NCBI GenBank assembly: GCA_963699165.1
Contig: OY969413.1
Coordinates: 212,310-276,309 of the forward strand
Direction: 5' to 3'
Length of the DNA stretch: 64,000 bases
Source of the DNA: Candidatus Kaiserbacteria bacterium
GTDB lineage: Bacteria > Patescibacteriota > Minisyncoccia > Phycocordibacterales > Phycocordibacteraceae
Below are positions 1-8,011 of the stretch, one piece after another; positions within the stretch are counted from its first letter, which is position 1; every line of letters begins with the position of its first letter. The notes beneath the pieces were generated by a model. That model saw nothing but the letters and a program-made list of their open reading frames with translations, was not told where the DNA came from and did not search any database. Made by a program: the position numbers and the translations under genes.

Positions 1-251
1 GTGCGGGTGCGATGCGGGCGACTCTTCCTCGTTCGGCGAGCGCAAATGTCGGGAACACCGTTTTCGTTTCGGGTCCGGGCATGCTTCCCGTCGGCACGGT
101 CTCCGCAATCGACAGCGATCCGTCGGCTCCATCGGTAACGCTCCGCATCCAACCTGCGGTGAATTTCTTTTCCGTTTCATGGGTGCTGCTGCGTTCGACC
201 GGTTCGGCCTTCGCGGGAACGCTCTCGTGGGCGACATCAACGCTCCCATGA
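1..251 (+). CDS. mreC: Rod shape-determining protein MreC, C-terminal fragment (5' end outside window)
   Basis: Frame of ORF 12..251 is open to position 1. C-terminal G-x-PVGTV...P-x-V-x-F beta-barrel motif typical of MreC. Followed by mreD-like and PBP2 genes with ATGA overlaps. Confidence 0.45.
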   Translation, partial: AGAMRATLPRSASANVGNTVFVSGPGMLPVGTVSAIDSDPSAPSVTLRIQPAVNFFSVSWVLLRSTGSAFAGTLSWATSTLP

Positions 252-502
252 TTCGCAGTACGCTTGTGCTCCTGGCGTTCGTTTCCGCGATGTTGTTTCC
301 GTGGCCGGTTACGGTTTTGCTTGCACTCGCATCCGCCGCTAGCGACCCTCTTGTGCCGCTTGCCGTTGGTATCTTCGCGGATACGCTCTATTACTCGCCG
401 CACGCGGGTTCAGCCCCTTATTTTACGTTGTTTGGAACTCTTGGCACCGCCGTCGCGTTTTTCGTGCGCAGCTGGCTAAAGGCGAGTACAATTCGGGGAT
501 GA
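248..502 (+). CDS. mreD: MreD-like small polytopic membrane protein
   Basis: Hydrophobic 84-aa product. ATG at 248 overlaps the mreC stop (ATGA), and its stop overlaps the mrdA start (ATGA). Position between mreC and PBP2. The six-frame ORF starts earlier at 179 (alternative start), so the start is uncertain. Confidence 0.35.
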   Translation: MIRSTLVLLAFVSAMLFPWPVTVLLALASAASDPLVPLAVGIFADTLYYSPHAGSAPYFTLFGTLGTAVAFFVRSWLKASTIRG

Positions 503-2184
503 AATGGCGCGGATTGAAATGGCGGGATCCGGAGATTGCCCCGGATGAAATATTTCTTGACTCGTCAAACACGACCGATTTTAACCGCGAACGCTTTGAA
601 GGACGGCTGGAGAAGCCGCTTTCGCGCCGGACTTTTTTCATTCTGACGGGAACGATTACCGCTCTTGTTGCGATACTCGCTGTCCGTTCGTGGCATTTGC
701 AGATCGCGAACGGTCCCGCCTTTGCGGAGCAGAGTGCGCACAACAGTTTGGAGGCCGTATCGATTTTTGCGCCGCGTGGTGTCATTACCGACATGCATGG
801 AACGGTAATCGCCGAAAATATTCAAAAACCGGACGGAACCGCTGAACGCGAATACCCCGTTCCGTCCCTGAGCAATATCATCGGCTATGTGTCGTATCCG
901 AAAAAGGACGCCAAGGGCGTGTACTACGATACAAACGAGACGGGCGTTACCGGTTTGGAAGCGCAGTACAATTCACTGCTCGCCGGAAGTAATGGACAGC
1001 TTTTGACCGAGACCGATGCGGTCGGAAACATTCATTCGCAAGGCACTGTCGTTCCCGCGAAAGAGGGAGGAACGCTTCAGTTGTCGATTGATGCGAATCT
1101 TGAAAAACTATTTGCGAAAGCCATTGCCGACACGGCCACGAATCAGCATTTCATCGCCGGCGCGGGCGTCATTATGGATGTGCACACGGGTGCCGTGCGC
1201 GCTATCGTTTCGTATCCGAGTTATGACTCAAACGTGATGTCGAACGGCGGTCCGTCCGATGCAATTGCCGCGTACAATACGAATATCGGACATCCGTTTC
1301 TCGACCATGCCGTGCAGGGCGTGTATGCGCCGGGTTCTATCGTCAAACCGTTCGTTGCGTACGGCGCGCTCTCCGACGGCATTATTACACCGGACACCAC
1401 TATCGACGACCCGGGTTTTTTGTCGCTGCCCGATCCGTATCATCCGGGCAAGAAATTTATTTACAAAGGATGGCGGGCGCTCGGACCCGTGAACGTGGAG
1501 AAGGCGATTGCATGGTCATCGGATATTTTCTTTTACACGGTCGGCGGTGGCAATCAGGGCCAAAAGGGTCTCGGCATCGACCGGCTGGATTATTGGTATC
1601 GGCAATTCGGTCTCGGGACGACGACCGGCATCGGCGTCGCGGGCGAGGCGGACGGACTTCTGCCGACGCCAGCATGGAAGCAGGCGACGTTCAAGGAGCC
1701 GTGGTATTTGGGCGACACGTTCTTTACGGCCATCGGGCAATATTCGATGCAGGTGACGCCGATACAAATGGCGCGAGCGATATCCGCGGTGGCAAACGGC
1801 GGAAAACTATTTACACCGACGCTGATTGCCGGACAAACGGCTCCGTATTCTACGGTGCCGGTTGACCCTGCGGCATTCAACGTGGTGCGGACCGGTATGC
1901 GCGAAGGCGTTACGACCGCGCTTGCGAGCGCCATCAACCTTCCGTATGTTTCCGTCGCCGCTAAAACGGGAACGGCGCAAACCGGCGTCAACAACCAATA
2001 TGACAACTCCTGGGTGGAAGGATTTTTTCCGTACGAAAATCCGCAGTATGCATTCGTGGTTGTGCTCGAACGCGGTCCCTCCGGCGCCGGCGAAGAGTCC
2101 GTAAACGTCATGCGGGAGTTGTTTGATTCGCTACATGCCGAGAATTCGCAGTATGTCGGGGGGATTGCGACGACGACTCCGTAG
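499..2184 (+). CDS. mrdA: Penicillin-binding protein 2 (peptidoglycan D,D-transpeptidase)
   Basis: 561 aa. N-terminal TM segment, SxxK motif (S-I-V-K), and KTGTA motif near the C-terminus. Immediately follows mreCD. Confidence 0.85.
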   Translation: MKWRGLKWRDPEIAPDEIFLDSSNTTDFNRERFEGRLEKPLSRRTFFILTGTITALVAILAVRSWHLQIANGPAFAEQSAHNSLEAVSIFAPRGVITDMHGTVIAENIQKPDGTAEREYPVPSLSNIIGYVSYPKKDAKGVYYDTNETGVTGLEAQYNSLLAGSNGQLLTETDAVGNIHSQGTVVPAKEGGTLQLSIDANLEKLFAKAIADTATNQHFIAGAGVIMDVHTGAVRAIVSYPSYDSNVMSNGGPSDAIAAYNTNIGHPFLDHAVQGVYAPGSIVKPFVAYGALSDGIITPDTTIDDPGFLSLPDPYHPGKKFIYKGWRALGPVNVEKAIAWSSDIFFYTVGGGNQGQKGLGIDRLDYWYRQFGLGTTTGIGVAGEADGLLPTPAWKQATFKEPWYLGDTFFTAIGQYSMQVTPIQMARAISAVANGGKLFTPTLIAGQTAPYSTVPVDPAAFNVVRTGMREGVTTALASAINLPYVSVAAKTGTAQTGVNNQYDNSWVEGFFPYENPQYAFVVVLERGPSGAGEESVNVMRELFDSLHAENSQYVGGIATTTP

Positions 2185-2201
2185 CGGACCGCGGGCGGCG
2201 C

Positions 2202-2229
2202 TTGCAACTTGTCGGGGGGCAAGTACAAT
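2202..2229 (+). promoter_or_regulatory. Putative sigma70-type promoter of greA (-35 TTGCAA, 16-nt spacer, -10 TACAAT)
   Basis: TTGCAA at ~2202-2207 and TACAAT at ~2224-2229, about 27 nt upstream of the greA ATG. Confidence 0.35.
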
Positions 2230-2255
2230 GCGGGCATTACTTATGTTCATTACTT

Positions 2256-2729
2256 ATGGCTGATCCCCAAACCACCGTCGTCTCGCAGGAAAAATTTGAC
2301 GAGATGATTAAAGAACTCGAGTATTTGAAGACCGTGCGCCGCACCGAGATTGCGAAAAATCTCGAATATGCGCGTTCGCTCGGCGACCTTTCGGAGAATG
2401 CCGAATATCAGGAGGCGCGCGACTTGCAGGCCGCAACCGAAGAGCGCATCAAGAAACTCGAAGAACTCGTGAAAAACACGTCAATCGTAACCGACGGAAA
2501 AAAGAAAAACGAGGTCAGTTTCAATTCAAAGGTTTCTATTAAAAAAGAGGGAAGTTCGGAGGTGCACGAATACACTATCGTCGGCAGCGAAGAAGCGGAC
2601 ATGCGCGTGAAAAAAATATCGCATCTCTCGCCGTTGGGTGCTGCGCTTATGGGAAAGAAAAAAGGCGAGGTGTTCACGTTTGCCACTCCGGGCGGTAAGC
2701 AGACCTACACTATTGAGAAAGTCAGCTAA
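2256..2729 (+). CDS. greA: Transcription elongation factor GreA
   Basis: Product begins MADPQTTVVSQEKFDEMIKELEYLK...; coiled-coil N-domain plus FKBP-like C-domain typical of GreA. The six-frame ORF starts at 2202, but the ATG at 2256 gives a canonical-length 157-aa protein. Confidence 0.9.
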   Translation: MADPQTTVVSQEKFDEMIKELEYLKTVRRTEIAKNLEYARSLGDLSENAEYQEARDLQAATEERIKKLEELVKNTSIVTDGKKKNEVSFNSKVSIKKEGSSEVHEYTIVGSEEADMRVKKISHLSPLGAALMGKKKGEVFTFATPGGKQTYTIEKVS

Positions 2730-2755
2730 CGGTAAAATGCGGTATAGTAATCGCT

Positions 2756-4675
2756 ATGGCATTGCTTGATACGGTGCGCGCAGAGAGAATCGCGAAAATC
2801 GCGCGCTTGAAAGAGGCGGGCTTGGAGGCATATCCGGCACGCACCAACCGCACGCACAGCATCGCGCAGTTTTTACAGAATCACGAATCCCTTCAAAAGA
2901 ATGCCGAAGAGGTTTCGCTCGGCGGCCGCATCCTTTCAATTCGAGAACACGGAGGATCTCTTTTCATAGATATTTTCGATGGCACGAAAGGACAGTGCTA
3001 CATACAGCGCGACAAGCTCGGCGAAGAATCCTTCAACCTCTTTAAAGACACGGTCGATACGGGCGACATTATTGAATTTCAAGGAATTGCGTTTACGACC
3101 AAGCGCGGCATGCCGTCGCTCGATGTTTTAACCTGGCGGATGCTCGCGAAGTCGTTGCGCCCATTGCCGGACGAATGGTTCGGCATCAAAGACGAAGACG
3201 AGCGCTTTCGAAAACGCTATCTGGATATTCTGCTCACGAAAGATCTCGCCGAGCGCATCCGTCGCCGCTCCGTTTTCTGGAACACGTTCCGTCAATTTCT
3301 TTTGGAGCGCGACTACATCGAAGTTGAAACGCCGGTTCTTGAGACGACGACCGGCGGGGCCGAAGCGCGGCCATTTTCGACGCATCACAACGCACTCGAC
3401 ATCGACGTGTATCTTCGCATCTCCGCGGGAGAATTATGGCAGAAACGGCTGATGGTGGCCGGTCTGCCAAAAGTATTTGAAATCGGGCGCATTTTCCGCA
3501 ATGAGGGTATGTCAGCGGAACACGCGCAGGACTACACCCAGCTCGAATTTTACGAAGCATTCAGCGACTATGAAGCCGGCATGGAAATGATTAAAGAGTT
3601 GTACCGGAAAGTGGCGCAGGAAGTTTTCGGCACACAGCAGTTTGACATCCGAGGCCACAAAGTCGACTTGGCGGGCGAGTGGCAGGTGTATGAATATGGA
3701 AAACTTCTTGAGGAAAGATTCGGTTTAAATCCGGTAACTGAGATTTACAGCAAGACGGGCCGAAGGGTGACTGAAGAAGATTTGAAAGCCATTTGCAAAG
3801 AAGCGGGTATCGGATACGAGGAGGGCGGGTTGAACATCGTGCGTACGGCAGACAATCTTTGGAAACTCATTCGCAAGGAAATTGCCGGTCCGGGATTTCT
3901 CATAGGCATTCCCGTTTCGATGGAGCCGCTTGCAAAGCGCGCGCAAGACGGCAAGACCGTCGAACGTTTTCAGGTACTCATTGCCGGAAGCGAAGTCGGG
4001 AAGGGTTTTAGCGAACTCAACGATCCGGTTGACCAGCGCGAGCGTTTTGAAAAACAGCAGGCGCTCCGCGACGCGGGCGATGAAGAAGCGCAGATGGCTG
4101 ACGAGGACTACGTCGAAGCGCTCGAATACGGGATGCCGCCTGCATTCGGCTTTGGCATCTCCGAGCGGCTGTTCAGTTTTCTCGAAGGTGTTTCGATTCG
4201 CGAAGGTCAAATCTTCCCGCTTTTACGGCCGCAGGAACACGTCGCAAAGAAGCATGTCGAAAAACAAAAAGCGGTCGTCGTCATACAGCGGAGCGGTCTC
4301 GAACCGTGGCAAATTTTAAATACGGTTGCGCATATTTCCGCAGAGTTTGGTGTGCGGGAAGGGAGAAGTCTCCTGTATCAAGACAGCCTAACGACAGCGG
4401 ACGGCACGCGTATTCCGCTCAACATCCAGCATCCCATCATGCTGAAAGAGGCTCCTTCAGTCGAAAGTATTAAAAAGCTTTTTCTTGCGGCGCAGGAGCA
4501 TAAACTTCAGGTCACCGCATTTACGCGCGAGATGATTGAAACGACTAATGATAAAAAAATAATTAAAGAAACGGCCGCGAAGGATTTTAACGATGTCGAA
4601 TTCCTCGGTGTTTTGCTGTTCGGTCCGGTTTCAGCCGTCGAGAAACTGACTGCTGAATTTTCTGCATACACCTAA
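2756..4675 (+). CDS. lysS: Lysyl-tRNA synthetase class II with ~130-aa C-terminal extension
   Basis: N-terminal OB anticodon-binding domain; class II motifs including IFRNEG and a motif-3-like GxGxGxxR region. At 639 aa it is about 130 aa longer than typical bacterial LysRS. Confidence 0.9.
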   Translation: MALLDTVRAERIAKIARLKEAGLEAYPARTNRTHSIAQFLQNHESLQKNAEEVSLGGRILSIREHGGSLFIDIFDGTKGQCYIQRDKLGEESFNLFKDTVDTGDIIEFQGIAFTTKRGMPSLDVLTWRMLAKSLRPLPDEWFGIKDEDERFRKRYLDILLTKDLAERIRRRSVFWNTFRQFLLERDYIEVETPVLETTTGGAEARPFSTHHNALDIDVYLRISAGELWQKRLMVAGLPKVFEIGRIFRNEGMSAEHAQDYTQLEFYEAFSDYEAGMEMIKELYRKVAQEVFGTQQFDIRGHKVDLAGEWQVYEYGKLLEERFGLNPVTEIYSKTGRRVTEEDLKAICKEAGIGYEEGGLNIVRTADNLWKLIRKEIAGPGFLIGIPVSMEPLAKRAQDGKTVERFQVLIAGSEVGKGFSELNDPVDQRERFEKQQALRDAGDEEAQMADEDYVEALEYGMPPAFGFGISERLFSFLEGVSIREGQIFPLLRPQEHVAKKHVEKQKAVVVIQRSGLEPWQILNTVAHISAEFGVREGRSLLYQDSLTTADGTRIPLNIQHPIMLKEAPSVESIKKLFLAAQEHKLQVTAFTREMIETTNDKKIIKETAAKDFNDVEFLGVLLFGPVSAVEKLTAEFSAYT

Positions 4676-4773
4676 AGTTAACAATTTGCAGATACGGAGT
4701 CGCAACGGGTGAGCAGCCAAGGTCTACGCTTCAGTGACTGTTGAAGATTTTGAATAAATCGATAAAAAGAAAG

Positions 4774-4792
4774 ACCGCCGGGGGGGCGGTCG
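4774..4792 (+). terminator. GC-rich hairpin downstream of lysS (gaccgcc-ggggg-ggcggtc), weak terminator candidate without T-run
   Basis: 7-bp perfect stem with 5-nt loop, ~100 nt after the lysS stop. Confidence 0.25.
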
Positions 4793-5138
4793 GAAATTGG
4801 TGTGATGGAGCGCTTCTCCATCGTTGGCTCATCTCCTATCAATTCCAGCGTTACCTGGAAGAATCGGAATGTCGTAAGTGTTCGCAGACGGAGATTCTAT
4901 GCTGCGATCTTTCCGAAACCCCTAGCTACTAATCCTTTTTGCATGCGGATCGCAAAAAATAATCCGATGCGAGCGGGTCCCTGGAGCGCCTTAGTAGCTG
5001 AGCCCTCCGCTTCTCGGCGACTGGTCTTTTGAATTCGAACGTTTGATACATTGAGCGAATGAAAAAACCTCCGGCGGTGCGCACTTCACAAAGTCCGAAC
5101 GAGACGAAATACAGATACTGTTAGCGAAGGGATACTCT

Positions 5139-6062
5139 TTGCAAGATGTCGGAGATGCACTCGACCGACCGAAGAGTGTCATATGGTACGAGACGCAAAA
5201 GAAGAGGAAGGGACGGCCGTATGATGCTGCATATGCGCATCACATTTCATACGTACGAAGGAAATACAGCCGAGCGGTCGGCAAGATGATTGCTCTCGAC
5301 CCGAAGCTCCGGAAGTTCATCGAGGCGCATCTCTTCGACGATCAGTCGCCCGAAAACATCTCACTTCGATTGAAGCGGATCGAGAAGGATATCGGATATG
5401 CTTCATCCTCGGCTATACGCCGATATATCAAGAGCCCGTATGGCAGACGGATCGAGTCGCATCGAGCAAAGGTATTCAAGAAGAGGCGACGCTCTCGGCC
5501 ATCGAAACCACACATTGCCGACAAGCGCCTGATCGACAAACGACCGAGCAAAATCAACAAGCGATGGGGATTGGGTCACATGGAGGGCGACTTCATCGTG
5601 TCGGGCAAGAGCGGTCAAGGCATCATTCTTGGTCTGCGGGATCGCAGGGTGCGCAAAAACCTGCTGGAGCGGATCCTGCCAGTGTCAGTGCGAAACGTGG
5701 AGCGAGCGCTTCGCAGAATGAAAAAGCGGTATCCCGAGATGCAGACCATCACATTCGACAACGATATTCTCTTTCTCGAACACAAACGGCTAGAGAAGGT
5801 GCTTGGGGTGAAGATATATTTCTGTCATGTGCATGCGCCATGGGAGAAGCCATCAATCGAGAATCTGAACAAGGACTTGCGGCGGTACATCCCGAAAAGC
5901 TCGGATATTTCAAAGTATTCAAAAAGATTTGTGCAGAAACTCGAAGCAAAGATGAATCGCCGCTTCATGGATGTGCTCGGTTCACTCACGCCAGATGAGG
6001 CGTATGCTGCGGAAAAGAAACAACGCGCTCAGAGGAGCGCAAAAAACCGTCGTTCGAATTGA
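5139..6062 (+). CDS. IS30-family transposase, N-terminally truncated (possible pseudogene/remnant)
   Basis: GHMEGDFIV (the HWEGD-type first catalytic Asp region) plus downstream D and E regions. TTG start. Lacks the ~70-aa N-terminal HTH of full-length IS30 transposases. Confidence 0.7.
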   Translation: MQDVGDALDRPKSVIWYETQKKRKGRPYDAAYAHHISYVRRKYSRAVGKMIALDPKLRKFIEAHLFDDQSPENISLRLKRIEKDIGYASSSAIRRYIKSPYGRRIESHRAKVFKKRRRSRPSKPHIADKRLIDKRPSKINKRWGLGHMEGDFIVSGKSGQGIILGLRDRRVRKNLLERILPVSVRNVERALRRMKKRYPEMQTITFDNDILFLEHKRLEKVLGVKIYFCHVHAPWEKPSIENLNKDLRRYIPKSSDISKYSKRFVQKLEAKMNRRFMDVLGSLTPDEAYAAEKKQRAQRSAKNRRSN

Positions 6063-6118
6063 GGGGTTTGGGTGCCATTGGTTTCCCATTAAGATACTCG
6101 TATATGAAGGATTGTTTG

Positions 6119-7162
6119 TCAATTCATTGTACGCGTCCAGTACTTTTGGCAGTCCCCGACGGTTAATGTACACACAATATACCGCAAGGGGGACACCATG
6201 CCGAGCGACTGGTGCGGGCGTTTGGTGTTGTACCAGATCAGCCAGTCGACAAGCTTCAGATTGAAGGAATGAATATCGTCCCGCAGCAGGCCCCGATTCA
6301 GCATGATGAAGTCCTCGGAGACGGTGCGATTGAATCGTTCGACGTGGGCATTCATCTTGGGAGTGCGGGGGCGGGTGTGAAAGTGCGTGAGCCCGAGTTC
6401 GGCACAGGCATCCTCGAAGTGTTTGGCGAACTCGCTCCCGTTGTCGGTCTGCAACTCGTCGATATCGAAGGGGCAAACCTCGATGACTCGGCGAAGGAAG
6501 TCGTCCGCGCTTCTCGACGAGTGGTTCGTATACGCGCCCGCAAAGGCGAACTTCCGCTCCACGTCCACTGCCGTGAGGACGTACCGCTTCACGCCGTCGA
6601 TGAAGCGGACGACGGTATCGAGCTCCATGCCGCGCTTGCCGGTGCGGCGAAGCTTGGTACGGCGTTTCTGCGGTGTTTCCGTGTGATTGCCCGTACGTGC
6701 GTGGAACGAGAGCCGGCTCTGCTGCGGGAGCAGACCGCGGTTCTTCAAATCCAGAATGACCCGCCCAACGTATGACTCCGACACGGAGTACCCTTCTTCG
6801 CGCAGGAGAACGGCAAGCTTTGCTTTCCCAAGCCGGGGATGCGCCTGTCGTTCGCGGATGATGAAATCCTCGACCTCGGGCAGAACAGTCCTCCTTCGAC
6901 GCGCCTTCGGCGCAGTGCTCTTCGGGTCAAGTGCATCAATGCGGCCCTCGTGGGCTTTGAGTTCCTCCTTCCAGCGATACAAGGTGCGCTCCGAGGTGCC
7001 AAAGGCGTCGTATGCGGCCTCCGTCCCGTGCATGTCCCAGAATCCCAATATCTTCACCCGTCTGTCGACTTCCTTTGGTTTCCGCATATGCCGCAATCGT
7101 ATCGTCCTTTCCCACATGCTCAACCAGCCCTTCGTACCCCTGAAATTGCTTCTGATGCGCAT
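6119..7162 (-). CDS. IS481-family DDE transposase (HTH + rve integrase core); ORF terminates in flanking DNA
   Basis: 347 aa with DDE/rve hallmarks (TDNGSEF, HTRPRTPKMNAHVERFNRT). The last in-IS codon is the final ACA of the element; the stop is supplied by flank DNA (MN* here). Confidence 0.85.
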   Translation of the reverse strand: MRIRSNFRGTKGWLSMWERTIRLRHMRKPKEVDRRVKILGFWDMHGTEAAYDAFGTSERTLYRWKEELKAHEGRIDALDPKSTAPKARRRRTVLPEVEDFIIRERQAHPRLGKAKLAVLLREEGYSVSESYVGRVILDLKNRGLLPQQSRLSFHARTGNHTETPQKRRTKLRRTGKRGMELDTVVRFIDGVKRYVLTAVDVERKFAFAGAYTNHSSRSADDFLRRVIEVCPFDIDELQTDNGSEFAKHFEDACAELGLTHFHTRPRTPKMNAHVERFNRTVSEDFIMLNRGLLRDDIHSFNLKLVDWLIWYNTKRPHQSLGMVSPLRYIVCTLTVGDCQKYWTRTMN

Positions 7163-7206
7163 ATATCCTCGGTTATGAGGACTGCCAAATGTATCTGAAC
7201 TTATGC
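6128..7206 (-). mobile_element. IS481-family insertion sequence, copy 1 of 3 (~1079 bp, imperfect ~28-bp terminal inverted repeats, no target duplication at this copy)
   Basis: Identical (one coding difference) to 22926..24004 and 61070..62148. Ends are TGTACGCGTCCAGTACTTTTGGCAGTCC ... GGACTGCCAAATGTATCTGAACTTATGC. Flanks ATTCAT / AGCCCT do not match. Confidence 0.85.
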
Positions 7207-7408
7207 AGCCCTTGAGAGAAATCGAAACTGTTTTGCCATAAAATATGGCGTACAGACTGGTTTTTATGGGAATCAAATTGCATTCGCGCATCATTGATTT
7301 GCCATATCCAATCTGCCTTTCGGCATATGCATTTGAAAAAACACGGTGCGCGGCACGTGCGTAGCTTTTCGCTGTAATACGTGTCTGTGGATAACGTCCT
7401 ATAGGGAA

Positions 7409-7454
7409 GTGGGGCAAAGTGGCATATACTTCACTACTAGTGGGATGAAGTGGG
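7409..7454 (+). promoter_or_regulatory. Two pairs of MraZ-box-like direct repeats (GTGGG-N5-GTGGC and GTGGG-N5-GTGGG) upstream of mraZ, followed by a TTGACA -35-like hexamer
   Basis: GTGGGgcaaaGTGGC at ~7409-7423 and GTGGGatgaaGTGGG at ~7440-7454; TTGACA at ~7468. MraZ is known to bind GTGGG direct repeats with 5-nt spacers in dcw promoters. Confidence 0.45.
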
Positions 7455-7581
7455 CTAAGACGATTTTTGACAAAAATCGTCTGCCCGTCAAATCCGAAAG
7501 GATTTGAGTAGGGAAACGGGAGTGGTGGCCTGTTTCCTGCAAAAGTTCCCGCGATAGAGCCGCTCCCCGCTCAAAATATTT

Positions 7582-8010
7582 ATGTTCATCGGAGAATACC
7601 AACATGTGCTCGATTCGAAAAACCGAATCTCGCTTCCGGCAAAATTCCGGAAGGATCTTGGCCGCGCGGTTGTCATGACGCGCGGCCTTGATCATTGCCT
7701 TTTTGTGTATCCGAAGAAATCGTGGGCGAAGGAAGCCGAAAGCCGTGCGGAACACGCGGCTGGTACGGCGGCGGCGCGCGGCCTTGCCCGTCTTTTTCTT
7801 GCAGGCGCTATGGATACCGGTGTCGATACTTCGGGGCGCGTTCTCATTCCCGACCATTTGAAAAGTTTCGCCGGTCTCAAGAGCAAAACCGTCATCGCCG
7901 GTGTCGCAAATCGTATCGAAATTTGGGATGCCGAAGCATGGCAGGCCTACACAACTGCTATCGAGCGCGATGCGGACGACTTCGCCGAGAAGCTTGGCGA
8001 CAAAAACTGA
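7582..8010 (+). CDS. mraZ: Transcriptional regulator MraZ
   Basis: 142 aa with duplicated MraZ/SpoVT-AbrB-like halves (DSKNRISLP ... SGRVLIP). First gene of the dcw cluster. Confidence 0.9.
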   Translation: MFIGEYQHVLDSKNRISLPAKFRKDLGRAVVMTRGLDHCLFVYPKKSWAKEAESRAEHAAGTAAARGLARLFLAGAMDTGVDTSGRVLIPDHLKSFAGLKSKTVIAGVANRIEIWDAEAWQAYTTAIERDADDFAEKLGDKN

Positions 8011-8011
8011 T

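Noticed and set aside
5982-6476. Minus-strand ORFs starting MPLRYRRVADRQRERV... (also 22687-23274 and 60753-61418) that run from inside the IS out into flanking DNA
   Set aside because: Different frame from the transposase, Arg-rich low-complexity. The copy-3 version only looks long because it fuses in-frame with infA. Treated as read-through artefact, though it shows there is no stop barrier between IS and infA.
6212-7198. Long + strand ORFs (187, 99, 163, 119 aa) inside each IS copy (also 23010-23996 and 61154-62140)
   Set aside because: Antisense to the DDE transposase, Arg/Ala-rich, identical in all copies simply because the IS is identical. High-GC antisense artefacts.
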